From positions 1-64,000 of IMG/VR virus record IMGVR_UViG_3300037054_000148: a stretch of DNA of 64,000 nt; one strand, 5' to 3'. This document shows, one piece after another, positions 1-8,782 of the stretch. How positions within the stretch are numbered: the first letter of the stretch is position 1; each line of letters begins with the position of its first letter. The notes below the pieces were generated by a model. That model was not told the origin of the DNA, searched no databases, and worked only from the letters and a program-made list of their open reading frames with translations. The position numbers and the translations under genes are program-made.

Positions 1-58
1 AACCAGATTATGATTTCCGGTGGGGTGACTGGGGGGGGGGTGGGCTCAATCGGAGTGG

Positions 59-307
59 TCATAGGTTGGGGGCCGGTTCCCAGAGGGCAATGCTCATCAC
101 CACAAAACCGGGCTTCTGTTCAAAGTCGGTTAGGTAGGTCACACGAGCATATTGGGTGTGGCCGGTGTAGCTCTCGCCATTCCACTCCCGCAGTAAGAGC
201 ATATCCCCCTTCTGAAAATTACGGTCGTTTTTGCGGATTTCAAACCGTTTCATTTCGGTGATGATCTCATCAAAAAACTGAGGGAGGGTCTTAAGTTCGT
301 GAAGCAT
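59..307 (-). CDS. DUF3850 / ASCH-PUA domain protein
   Basis: HELK..P.FF, KRFEIRKNDRNFQKGD.L.L.EW signature; ATG at 307 overlaps the TAA of the upstream small ORF, so it is preferred over the track start at 334. Confidence 0.75.
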   Translation of the reverse strand: MLHELKTLPQFFDEIITEMKRFEIRKNDRNFQKGDMLLLREWNGESYTGHTQYARVTYLTDFEQKPGFVVMSIALWEPAPNL

Positions 308-462
308 TAGGGCTCCGGCATGATGATGTAGCAACTGAGGGGGTCTGGGTTGGTCTGGTTCAATCGATTAGCCTCTCCTTGAGCCACCTCAGCCTCTTCA
401 AAAATCAGTCCCGTGGGGTGGTGGTAATCCCAATAATCGAGTCTAACTATTCGGAAGGGCAT
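307..462 (-). CDS. small hypothetical protein (51 aa)
   Basis: Read manually: MPFRIVRLDYWDYHHP...IMPEP*, GGAG RBS, stop overlaps next ATG. Confidence 0.4.
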   Translation of the reverse strand: MPFRIVRLDYWDYHHPTGLIFEEAEVAQGEANRLNQTNPDPLSCYIIMPEP

Positions 463-482
463 ATGTTCTCCAGATACAACAA

Positions 483-510
483 GGCCCCACCCTGGAAACA
501 GAGTGGGGCC
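483..510 (-). terminator. hairpin downstream of DUF2828 gene
   Basis: GGCCCCAC/GTGGGGCC inverted repeat followed by a weak U-rich tail. Confidence 0.5.
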
Positions 511-516
511 GGGGCC

Positions 517-1947
517 TTACAGGGTGATCGGCTCGTAGCGAGGTCCGTTGAGGACTTCGAGCATCATCTCCATCGGGGTCGTGGCCTGAGCCTTGATCGC
601 CTTTTCGAAGATGCTGGGGCTGCATCCGGAGACCAGATACGTGCCCTTCTCGTCCATCGTGACCGGGGTCTGGTCGTTGCGGGAACTCACGTTCCAGAAG
701 ATGATGGTCGGGAGCTTGAAGCCGGAGGCCGCGTACTTCGCCTTGATCACTTCCAGGTTGGTGTTGTTGCCCACGCAGGAGTCGAACTCCATGTCGGAGA
801 TGATGAAGATCTTGGTGGGCATCTCGGAGGCCGGGAGCTTCGCCTTGACCGCAGTTGCCAGAACCACGTTGAACACGGCCTGGAGGTCGGTGTTCATGCC
901 CCAGTTGGCCTGGGACAGGTTCTTGATCTTCTCATAGAGGGTCTGCCCCTTGAGAGCCTGGATGCTAGGAGTTCCACTGAAAGTGATGAACTTGTCGTGG
1001 AAGATCCCCTTGTTCCGCTCAGCCAGATAGATGGCGAGGGAGATGCACACGGTGATCGGAGCGACCGTTCCCATGCCACTGAACATGGAGCCCGAAACGT
1101 CCGCGACAACGAGAGCGTTGTCATCGGTGTCTGCGTAGTTCGGCAGGCACTTCCACATCGCCTCAGCGGTCTGGTCCTTCTCGTTCATGGACTTGGCGAC
1201 CAGTTCGTAGGGGTAGAGGGTGCCGGAGTTGATCTTCTCCTCCCCGCGCACAACCGCAGCCAGGAACTCGTCGTAACGAGTGCCATCGTGACGCTTGAAC
1301 GCATCCTTGTAGATCAGACCCGCACGGGATGGAATCTGGCCATAGGAGATGGTGTCCCACTGGTTCTGAGACATGAGGGTCTCGACCAGCTTGATCTTCC
1401 CACGCAGGGTGGACAGGTTCTTGCGGTACTGGACCGGAGTCCACCCCAGGGCCTTGACCCAGCGGTGTGCCAGGGAGACGGTCTCCTTGGAAGAAGTGTT
1501 GATGCTGGGCATCCACTTCGCCAGGAGGCTCACGCCATCCTCGGACCCAAGGTCCAGGTTAAGCTGCTCACGGATGACGGACACGACCTTGGGGTCGGAC
1601 ACGTACTCCACAATGTCATCCCAGCGTCCGTAGACCGGCACGTAGGACAGAATGTGATCGAACACCTCACGGAAGTTCTTGTACAGTTCACGGAGCCCCT
1701 GGCGGAAGGTCTCGCGCTCCCCCTGACCCCCACGGATGTCGCGGATGTAGAAGAGGCAGCGGATGGCCGTCAGACGGTCCTCACCGAATGCCTTCAGGAA
1801 GAGGGCAGTGTTGTCCTGGCCCCGACGAGCGGGGGCGTGGTAATAGAAGTCGAGCACACCGTCCAGCGTGGACTGATGCGTCAGCGCACCGTTCTCGGTA
1901 CGGGTGTAGTTCTGGGACTTCTGGATGGCGTTAAGTAGGTTGGACAC
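517..1947 (-). CDS. DUF2828-family Ro60/TROVE-like protein with C-terminal vWA domain
   Basis: TENGA..H.ST, RDIRGGQGER, YGRWDD and LAKWMP motifs, vWA MIDAS DVSGSM and ISDMEFD; AAGGAG RBS; strong GC3 codon bias. Confidence 0.85.
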   Translation of the reverse strand: MSNLLNAIQKSQNYTRTENGALTHQSTLDGVLDFYYHAPARRGQDNTALFLKAFGEDRLTAIRCLFYIRDIRGGQGERETFRQGLRELYKNFREVFDHILSYVPVYGRWDDIVEYVSDPKVVSVIREQLNLDLGSEDGVSLLAKWMPSINTSSKETVSLAHRWVKALGWTPVQYRKNLSTLRGKIKLVETLMSQNQWDTISYGQIPSRAGLIYKDAFKRHDGTRYDEFLAAVVRGEEKINSGTLYPYELVAKSMNEKDQTAEAMWKCLPNYADTDDNALVVADVSGSMFSGMGTVAPITVCISLAIYLAERNKGIFHDKFITFSGTPSIQALKGQTLYEKIKNLSQANWGMNTDLQAVFNVVLATAVKAKLPASEMPTKIFIISDMEFDSCVGNNTNLEVIKAKYAASGFKLPTIIFWNVSSRNDQTPVTMDEKGTYLVSGCSPSIFEKAIKAQATTPMEMMLEVLNGPRYEPITL

Positions 1948-1979
1948 GTCGATCTCCTTGAAGGAAAAGTTGAAAAATC

Positions 1980-2093
1980 AAGACACCGTTGATGCTTCAT
2001 CGGCGGGGAAGCTCGAAAACCGCTTGACGAGCTAGGGGGTAGTTAGCCACCATCACTCGTCCGCTCATATTTGAGGTTTGCTGCAAGTGTCTT
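1980..2093 (-). ncRNA. RCAGCAA stem RNA copy B (Y-RNA-like candidate)
   Basis: AAGACAC-UU-GCAGCAAAC...GUGUCUU closing stem; ends 33 nt before the DUF2828 start. Confidence 0.7.
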
Positions 2094-2112
2094 ACAGGAA
2101 CAACAAAGTTAC

Positions 2113-2162
2113 TAGACGCAGTTTCGTTCCATGACAGGGGAAGAAGTTGCTGTTAGCGTCTA
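2113..2162 (-). ncRNA. RCAGCAA stem RNA copy A (Y-RNA-like candidate)
   Basis: UAGACGC-UA-ACAGCAAC...GCGUCUA closing stem, starting just after a -10-like box. Confidence 0.7.
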
Positions 2163-2169
2163 CCTAAAG

Positions 2170-2177
2170 ATAATACC
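2170..2177 (-). promoter_or_regulatory. -10-like element (GGTATTAT) for the RNA A-RNA B-DUF2828 unit
   Basis: GG-TATTAT 7 nt upstream of the copy A stem. Confidence 0.5.
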
Positions 2178-2217
2178 GCGAATTTTGTTTTTTGGATTAC
2201 TTTTTTTTCGAAAAAGC

Positions 2218-2691
2218 TCAATCGGGGTTGTAAGAGGCGACGAAGGCAGCGATAAGAGCCATGATTTCAGTATTTGAATAAAGTCGCTGGCTAACTCCAA
2301 AGACTGGCGGAACCGTGTTGTCAATCTTCAAAACCAGTCCGTCTACGATCTTGTTCAGTGGAATGTAGACCGGATAGCCAATATCAAGGTTGCTGTCCGT
2401 CAGAACCATGATCGGGTCTGCCTCTAACAAATCGGCCCAACGTTGGACTGATTCAGGGAGCTTGGTGCTGATGCCGTCAGTGGCTCCAGGATCGGTGAAG
2501 ATATAGAAGGTGCCAGTAGGGCCCAAAACCCAAGTTGGTTGATCCTGAATCGGCTGAGCGGAGAACGTGAGACGATACATTTCACACAAAACGCCTAATG
2601 GGTCGAACCCATTAGGCGTATGTAAATACTGATCAGTCCAGGGATAAGTGGTGGCTTCTAGGGTAGAGACCCACTCGGTTAAGATGGACAT
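2218..2691 (-). CDS. hypothetical protein
   Basis: 157 aa ORF, GGAGGAG RBS. Confidence 0.65.
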   Translation of the reverse strand: MSILTEWVSTLEATTYPWTDQYLHTPNGFDPLGVLCEMYRLTFSAQPIQDQPTWVLGPTGTFYIFTDPGATDGISTKLPESVQRWADLLEADPIMVLTDSNLDIGYPVYIPLNKIVDGLVLKIDNTVPPVFGVSQRLYSNTEIMALIAAFVASYNPD

Positions 2692-2758
2692 ATAAGCTCC
2701 TCCCGTGTCATTAGCCTATTTTGTAGGTTCACACATTAGAAGCGGCTAGTCGCTGAGC

Positions 2759-3484
2759 TTACTTAGGATCTGCTGGGGGAACCGGAGGTGGGTTGAACGT
2801 CTGAACGTTAGGAACCCCAGCCGAAACACTGGTTGCTGCACTCGGATCCAGAATCATGGAATCAGCGCGATCCTGATCGGAGAAATCTGGAGCAGCGATT
2901 CCTCTGGCCGACATACGGTAAGCGGTGCTGCTCTTGGAGAGGGTCTTGAAGGTGTTGCCTACACTGGCTCCGTTGGCCGCATAGCTCATACTCTTACCAG
3001 CGGAAACACCGATTCGGTCTCCGGCCAGGACCGCATCCTGGTTGGCCCCCAAGAACAAGAACTCCCATTTCCAGACTTCGGTCTGTTCGGTGATCATGGC
3101 CTTGATGGTCTGATAGGTGTATTCCTTGCTGCTGTTCTCTTCCCCATCGGTGAGGATGACGACCATGACCTTTTCGGGACGGTCGGCCTCATCCATGGCA
3201 GCCAGCTTGGCCCCCAGGTTCTTGATGGTGACACCGATAGCGTCCAGCATGGCGGTCATGCCACGAGGCTGGAGGGTGAACTCAGGGGCCTCATTGATGG
3301 GGATCACCCCGTATTCGAGTTCGATCCGGTCATCAAATGTAGTGAGGCTGATGGTGGCCTCCCCAGGCAGAGCCTTCTGTTCCTTCAAGAAGGTGTTATA
3401 GCCTCCTTCAGTGTCGGCCTTGATGTTGGCCATCGAGCCTGAACGGTCAATGATGGCTGAAATGTGAGTATATCCGTCTTTCAT
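2759..3484 (-). CDS. vWA domain protein
   Basis: IIDRSGSM MIDAS, TAMLDAIG, ILTDGEENSS, FLFLGANQDA; start moved to MKDGY at 3484 after AAGGAG. Confidence 0.85.
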   Translation of the reverse strand: MKDGYTHISAIIDRSGSMANIKADTEGGYNTFLKEQKALPGEATISLTTFDDRIELEYGVIPINEAPEFTLQPRGMTAMLDAIGVTIKNLGAKLAAMDEADRPEKVMVVILTDGEENSSKEYTYQTIKAMITEQTEVWKWEFLFLGANQDAVLAGDRIGVSAGKSMSYAANGASVGNTFKTLSKSSTAYRMSARGIAAPDFSDQDRADSMILDPSAATSVSAGVPNVQTFNPPPVPPADPK

Positions 3485-3722
3485 GTAGTGCGCTCCTTTA
3501 AAGGATAATACTCGGAGTTGACAAATAAAAACGCCCCCGATTGGAGGCATTTCACTTATTTTTTCAACAGATCAGATCCACTTGAAGTGGGTGCAGACCA
3601 TCTGGAGGATGACCAGATCGGCCATTCCGGCAATATACCAGACCAGGGGGCTGCGGAGACCCCGCTGGGCGCGGAGGATGAGACGAGTGAGACGATTCAT
3701 GTAGGGCTCCTTTGAGGTTGGG

Positions 3723-3929
3723 TTATTCCTGAGCGATGGAGATGGTAACAAGCATATGCTTGTCGTCATAGAACTGGAGGTCTCCGTTGAACGGCCCGAC
3801 CCAGTTAAGGGTCCAGCCCTTAGTGGCCATGGCAGCCACGATTGCTTCGTGGTGCCGACTGGGGAGCCTAGGACACTCATTATCCGATGGATGCCGAGTC
3901 AAGGTTGGGGCTGCGGTGTTCTTTGTCAT
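3723..3929 (-). CDS. hypothetical protein
   Basis: 68 aa ORF right after the promoter at 3950-3979. Confidence 0.5.
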   Translation of the reverse strand: MTKNTAAPTLTRHPSDNECPRLPSRHHEAIVAAMATKGWTLNWVGPFNGDLQFYDDKHMLVTISIAQE

Positions 3930-3949
3930 CAGAGGTGCCCTCCATTTCT

Positions 3950-3979
3950 AGTATACTCACAATTGGGGCAATTCGTATA
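3950..3979 (-). promoter_or_regulatory. sigma70-like early promoter
   Basis: TATACG-N18-TATACT. Confidence 0.6.
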
Positions 3980-3982
3980 CAA

Positions 3983-4390
3983 CTATTTCGTAGACTTCAT
4001 GTTTGCCACAGTGGTGTGCCAGACTTTCCGGTAACCTTTCGCCGGTCTGGTGAAGTTGACGAAGGGGGTCATCCCCAGTTCCTCAGCAATTTCTTCCAGC
4101 CGATGGGAGTAGCAGTTTAGCCACCAGTAAAGTTTTCCATCAGTCTGAATATCAGGGTCATACTCATACTCCACGATCTCTCCCTCATACTTTCCCCATG
4201 CCTTCAAATTCGCAGGCTTCTCCCTACGGACCACGGTGATATGAGCTTTGACTCTGAGGCCGTTGACCGAGAACCATTTAGGAATGAGCCACCGGTAGAA
4301 CATGGGGATTCCGGGGCAGATCTCCAGCACGAGCCGGTATCCGTACTCAGGAGTGTGGTCGTAATGGAGCTTGCCGGTGAGTTTGATCAT
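3983..4390 (-). CDS. putative 2H phosphoesterase
   Basis: Two HxT motifs (AHITV, WHTTV). Confidence 0.6.
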   Translation of the reverse strand: MIKLTGKLHYDHTPEYGYRLVLEICPGIPMFYRWLIPKWFSVNGLRVKAHITVVRREKPANLKAWGKYEGEIVEYEYDPDIQTDGKLYWWLNCYSHRLEEIAEELGMTPFVNFTRPAKGYRKVWHTTVANMKSTK

Positions 4391-4743
4391 AGTCTCGGGT
4401 GGTAGTCAAGGATGGAGCAACGGTCTGCCTCAGCACCGATGTCTCGGAACAATTGAACGAGCCGTTCGGCGGCGGGGGGGTTGGCCGAATGAACGATGTG
4501 GTATTGATGGCTAAAATGGCGTTCGAAATCATTAGGGGGAGCCCAAAACAGACTCTTGAGCCGTTCGATCACATCCTGGCCGTCTCCCAGGTCGTTGTCC
4601 CAACTGATCACATCGAACAAATCGAAATATTCAACGTCACGAGGGAACTTAGTCCAGATGGTCAGATCGGTGGAGGGCAAGGCTGCACGGAAAATGTGCT
4701 CCCTCTCTGCCAGTCCCTGGTCGTCCAAAACAAGAATACGCAT
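4387..4743 (-). CDS. receiver-like domain protein (cyclic-phosphate-processing type)
   Basis: ILVLDD...ISWDNDLG...IVHSANP pattern; overlaps the 2H gene. Confidence 0.65.
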   Translation of the reverse strand: MRILVLDDQGLAEREHIFRAALPSTDLTIWTKFPRDVEYFDLFDVISWDNDLGDGQDVIERLKSLFWAPPNDFERHFSHQYHIVHSANPPAAERLVQLFRDIGAEADRCSILDYHPRL

Positions 4744-4760
4744 ATAAATCCCTTCCTCAT

Positions 4761-4790
4761 ATTATACCCAATATGAGGAAGGGATGTCTA
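4761..4790 (-). promoter_or_regulatory. sigma70-like early promoter
   Basis: TAGACA-N18-TATAAT. Confidence 0.65.
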
Positions 4791-4793
4791 GTC

Positions 4794-5117
4794 TTATTTG
4801 ATAAACTTGCGGATTCGTTCTGCCGCTCCGCTCAACTCTTCCCAGGTTGGTCCACCCAATGTGTTGGACAGCCAATAGGCATCCCAAGTGATGAAAAAAG
4901 CCGTGCATTCCTTGATCAGAGGGGCCGTGTAAAACTTTCTGAATGCCTCATCGGAACCCCATCCACTGAGATCGAAACCATACCGATTAGCCACCTCTCG
5001 AAGCTCTTTGAACAGCCGGTCGCGCTCCTCCTGGCTCCTCTCATCTCCTGTCTGGTCAGAGAAGGAGATGATCAGATCCTCTTTCGGTTTCCAGGAGGAG
5101 GCGTAGTGGTCGGGCAT
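4794..5117 (-). CDS. hypothetical protein
   Basis: 107 aa ORF in the co-directional gene run. Confidence 0.55.
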   Translation of the reverse strand: MPDHYASSWKPKEDLIISFSDQTGDERSQEERDRLFKELREVANRYGFDLSGWGSDEAFRKFYTAPLIKECTAFFITWDAYWLSNTLGGPTWEELSGAAERIRKFIK

Positions 5118-5141
5118 ACTACATATTACTGCAAAGCCTTC

Positions 5142-5534
5142 TTATTTGTTCAAAAGTTTTAGCTCGGCCTCGATCTGAACCGGAAGGCATGTCTGGAACC
5201 CTTGTTGCTTGATCAGGACGTTGGATTCGACCGGTTTGTGCCCATCAGCCAGACTCAGGGTAATGTGGTAACAACCCCCATCAGGACGACGAGAAGAGCC
5301 GTTCACCTCACAGACCAGACACTCCACCCCATCCCCGGTCTGGAATCCCACGACCTGAAGTTCTGCATTGGCCAATTGCTCTTGGAGCAGGGCCGCAGAC
5401 TCCTCCGTCAGATTAAATTGAACGGTGATGTGTTGGCACATGACTTTCTTGAAGTGGGGCTTGAACTGGCCCAATAGGGAGGTACGGGAGGCCGGTGCCA
5501 GTTCGAACGCGAGATACTGTGACTGAATTGACAT
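5142..5534 (-). CDS. 2H cyclic phosphodiesterase (tRNA-ligase CPDase-like)
   Basis: HITV and YHITLS motifs, KPVESN. Confidence 0.7.
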   Translation of the reverse strand: MSIQSQYLAFELAPASRTSLLGQFKPHFKKVMCQHITVQFNLTEESAALLQEQLANAELQVVGFQTGDGVECLVCEVNGSSRRPDGGCYHITLSLADGHKPVESNVLIKQQGFQTCLPVQIEAELKLLNK

Positions 5535-5589
5535 GATGGCTCCAAGAAAATGCCCCTCTCAGAGGGGCAGGAAGTGCGTTCACGGAAAA

Positions 5590-5859
5590 CTACTGGTATT
5601 CGGGGCAATCCTTACGGGCTTCTTCGTTATACTGCCCCTCCAGGTCTTCATAGATGTCGAGGGTCTTGAGTTCCTGGGGAGTGAGTTCCATATCCCCATC
5701 CCTGGAGCCCATCAGGACTCCCTCACCCATCGCACAGCCATAGGTGGCAGAGTGCTTCCAATCCCGATCATGGACCAGAGCCGGGGTATCCGGATCAGCG
5801 GGGTTGAGAAGAAGACTGATGCGGTTCGAGATGCGAATGTCTTTGCGTTCGAGAGCCAT
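5590..5859 (-). CDS. hypothetical protein
   Basis: 89 aa ORF with GAGGAG RBS. Confidence 0.6.
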   Translation of the reverse strand: MALERKDIRISNRISLLLNPADPDTPALVHDRDWKHSATYGCAMGEGVLMGSRDGDMELTPQELKTLDIYEDLEGQYNEEARKDCPEYQ

Positions 5860-6026
5860 GTGATTCTCCTCAAAGGGGCACTGGCCCCTACCGATACCAC
5901 AAAAGCCCCGGCTACCGGGGCTATGCGGGACTGCTGGAGAGGCTGACCTACTACATTCAGCCTATTCTGCCGGATCTACGTATCGGGGGTCTTTGGCCTT
6001 CCTAAGCTCCCCGGCACTCCAGCCGG

Positions 6027-6383
6027 TTAGACTTCGGCCATCTTCTTGCCCTTCTCTTCCCAGCGGCCCAGGCTGCGGCGGCTGATGTTGAGCAGGGCCG
6101 CGAGTTCGGTGCGGCTGTACCCCTTGCGGTTCCGGTACTGGGTGATGGTCTCACCGGAGTAGTCGGTCTTGGGGGCCGGGGGGGTGCGCTTGGGCTCCGG
6201 CAGTTTGACCTCGGGCTTCGGCTCGTCGGGCAGGAGCCGGATGTCGCGGGGCTCGAACAGCTTGCCCTCCAGGAGAGCCAGCAGGGCCTCCCCCAGATTG
6301 TCGGGGATACCGACATAGAGGCCCCCGCCCAGATGGGTGGCAGTGACCTTGATTCCGTTGATGCTGAAGTGCTTGCCTTCCAT
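6027..6383 (-). CDS. XRE-family HTH protein
   Basis: C-terminal YRNRKGYSRTELAALLNISRRSLGRWE; own promoter and RBS. Confidence 0.8.
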   Translation of the reverse strand: MEGKHFSINGIKVTATHLGGGLYVGIPDNLGEALLALLEGKLFEPRDIRLLPDEPKPEVKLPEPKRTPPAPKTDYSGETITQYRNRKGYSRTELAALLNISRRSLGRWEEKGKKMAEV

Positions 6384-6424
6384 GTTACTCTCCTTTGAGT
6401 GGGCTCTTCGTCCCCTACCTAACT

Positions 6425-6453
6425 AGTATACCCTGGTTTGGGGGGTTTGTATA
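6425..6453 (-). promoter_or_regulatory. sigma70-like early promoter
   Basis: TATACA-N17-TATACT. Confidence 0.65.
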
Positions 6454-6454
6454 G

Positions 6455-6490
6455 AAAAAAATCGCCCCCGAAGGTTTATTTTCGGGGGCG
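6455..6490 (-). terminator. intrinsic terminator closing the RNA island
   Basis: CGCCCCCGAA/TTCGGGGGCG stem followed by U7 on the minus strand. Confidence 0.8.
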
Positions 6491-7236
6491 GGTGTTATGG
6501 CGGGTGGAGTTGTTTAGGTTCCACATCGGCAACTTTTCCTCCCCAGTGTTTCGGACTTCTTCCACTCTCCGTATCACGATTCCTGTCTTCGGAGAGCCGG
6601 GGGGCTCAGTCTATCAAAGTCTTTTGCGGTAACCCGCTCGGGAGAATCGACTCCCTTATTGCCGTAACTGATTTCGCTCTGCCTGATAAGAGCGGCCTCG
6701 CTCCTTTGGTCAACCATTCATCTGGTTGCCGCCATATCGGAGCCCCAAGGACATTGAGGGGCTTCAACGATTTTGTAAATCCGGAGGAACTTGGTACCGG
6801 TTCCTCCGGCTAAGGCAGAGCTTCTGACATAGACCACGACTCTTTCACCCAATCAGAGGGGTCTCGCTAACAAGGAATATTTGCTGGGTCGCTCATCCTC
6901 GGTTCAAACGTGTCAGTGCTACTGCGATCTTACTGCTCTCCGCTCGGGCTTTATCCGGTCTTACTCACTTGGCGGGGTTCAGGGGCTCGACCCCTTAGCA
7001 GGAAATTGCTGGAACTAGAGGCATTGTCCAGCCATGTCAGAATTGTCACCTTTCACTCGCGCAGGAGGGGGTATCTGACTCGTTCAAAAGCAGAACCGTG
7101 ATGAGTGGTATTCGGCGTTTTGCTAGCACGGTAGCCAAAAATCTTCATCCAGTGGGGGCACCCCTTGCCGTACGGTACCCCCCATTGTAGAGGCCACAAC
7201 CCCTCTACTCTCTCAGTTCTGCGGTACTACTTCCAA

Positions 7237-7321
7237 GACGCTTGGTGCAACTATTCTGCCGCCTCAAGGACGGACGAGGGACGTTGCCAACCCCATGAAT
7301 AGGTAGTTTGCTGTGAGCGTC
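7237..7321 (-). ncRNA. RCAGCAA stem RNA copy F
   Basis: GACGCU-C-ACAGCAAAC...AGCGUC. Confidence 0.55.
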
Positions 7322-7592
7322 GTATACTCTGCCTGCAAGTTTTTAAGCATTGCGGGGCTACTTGTAGAGAAATCGAGGGGGTCGCTGAGAGCCGAATCGA
7401 ACGGTTCACGCAGTAGGGGGCGAGTGGACCTCGGCACATGGCTCTCGGATCCAACTGGCACTTGGCACGGGTTATCAACACCGCCCCACAAGAACTGATG
7501 CTCTCCATGAGCTAGCTCAGTTCCCCCTCTTGTAGGGAATGAGGGTGTCAAACCTTACTCCCTTGTTTTCAATGAACTTCCTACCTTACCTA

Positions 7593-8024
7593 TTACTGTA
7601 ATTTTGAAGAAGTTTTAATATTTTTTCTTACGGACAATCCAAATCTATATTTCCTTCCATGGTGTAAAACTTCGAAATTGTCAATGTGACATTTTGGGTG
7701 GAGTACCATGCAATTTTCAGGCTCTTTGCTACCCCCTTCATCGATCAAATCAATATGGTGGTAAGTGGCCTTAAACCTGTTTTCTATTGAGGTGTGGCAC
7801 CATTGGCAAATGCCTGATTCCTGTTCAAATCTAAGTTTTTTAGTAGCAGCGGTAAACTCGAATGGTCGGCGTTTAGCAGATCTTTCTGCATTAGAGGCAA
7901 ACTTTCTTGTGTAAACCCTTGAAGGGTCATTTATTTCCAAACGATGACAGGCAGTCTTAATAACTCCCTCTGAGACTCCAAAATGCTGACCACACTGTAT
8001 CCCAGGTCGGACTCGAACCGACAT
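7593..8024 (-). CDS. HNH endonuclease
   Basis: CQWC...HHI....GG....NC..LH..CH; start uncertain because it lies in a tRNA-like gene. Confidence 0.7.
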   Translation of the reverse strand: MSVRVRPGIQCGQHFGVSEGVIKTACHRLEINDPSRVYTRKFASNAERSAKRRPFEFTAATKKLRFEQESGICQWCHTSIENRFKATYHHIDLIDEGGSKEPENCMVLHPKCHIDNFEVLHHGRKYRFGLSVRKNIKTSSKLQ

Positions 8025-8590
8025 AGTTCTCCATGTAGGGGAGACCTGAAAACCTTTCCAGGCACTGGGATGTTGGCGGAAGTGGAGAGAGTCGAACTCT
8101 CATGGCTCTTTTGAAGCCAACCCGTATTCGAAGCGGGGCCGATACCAATTTCGGTTGACACTTCCTTGTAGTGTTCATAGGCGTGGCAGTTGGCGCACAG
8201 GACTTCAAGGTTTTCAGGCTCGTTGGAGCCCCCCAGCTTCTTGGGAACCTTATGGTGGACTTCAAGAACTTCTATATGCTCTGAGTACCCACAGCGGCAG
8301 CACTTTGCCCCATGAGTAGCCAACCCAAGGAGTCGTGTGTAACGCTTGGACTTGTGCCCTCCAGTGAAGTATTTTATCCCTAGTCGGCCCCTATTTGCAC
8401 ACACTTTGCTACAGTACGTTCGACCTTTGGTCTGAAACTCCTTCTCACAAATGGGGCACTTGGTGAATTTCTTACCTTCAACGTGAGAGCAGATTACAGA
8501 GCAAAACACCGGCCCCTTCTCCATCTCATTGGGTCTGCGGTAGATGGGAGTTGAGCACACACTGCATGTGGTGTTGGGTGTTCTTGGCAT
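7931..8590 (-). CDS. HNH homing endonuclease with Cys-rich N-terminus
   Basis: CxxC repeats, EVHHK...GG.N...NL..LCANCH; GGAGG RBS before ATG 8590; the 3' end runs through two tRNA genes. Confidence 0.8.
   Translation of the reverse strand: MPRTPNTTCSVCSTPIYRRPNEMEKGPVFCSVICSHVEGKKFTKCPICEKEFQTKGRTYCSKVCANRGRLGIKYFTGGHKSKRYTRLLGLATHGAKCCRCGYSEHIEVLEVHHKVPKKLGGSNEPENLEVLCANCHAYEHYKEVSTEIGIGPASNTGWLQKSHESSTLSTSANIPVPGKVFRSPLHGELCRFESDLGYSVVSILESQRELLRLPVIVWK
7998..8071 (-). tRNA. atypical tRNA-Val(UAC)
   Basis: AUCCCAG/CUGGGAU acceptor, T-loop UUCGAGU, anticodon loop CCUACAU with C33; no encoded CCA. Confidence 0.55.
8074..8165 (-). tRNA. tRNA-Ser(CGA)
   Basis: Cloverleaf, loop UUCGAAU, long variable arm, G73-CCA. 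Confidence 0.9.
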
Positions 8591-8652
8591 TTCGCCTCCG
8601 TGATGAATTTCATTGGAGGAACAGAAAGCCACTTCCTTCATCCACTTTTACG

Positions 8653-8726
8653 TGGAGCGCACGGGGCTGAGTCGAACAGTCATAGGCTACCTGAGTATCC
8701 TCGCCCACCGGGGCTTGTCCTCGCGC
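8653..8726 (-). ncRNA. SelC-shaped aberrant tRNA-like RNA
   Basis: 8 bp acceptor, D-loop CGGU, T-loop UUCGACU, UCAG loop at the anticodon position, U-CCA end. Confidence 0.5.
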
Positions 8727-8782
8727 TAGCTGCAACGGTTTGACCAGTCTATCCAACAGGATGGATCAAGACCGTTGCAGAT

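Noticed and set aside
379-1938. 519 aa plus-strand ORF (and similar ones at 43613-44602 and 45195-46796)
   Set aside because: Antisense shadows of strongly GC3-biased minus-strand genes; no motifs or RBS
6878-6895. Extra CAGCAA occurrences (about 6881, 7005, 12833, 14814, 16841)
   Set aside because: They lack the GACNC closing stem, so they were not counted as family members
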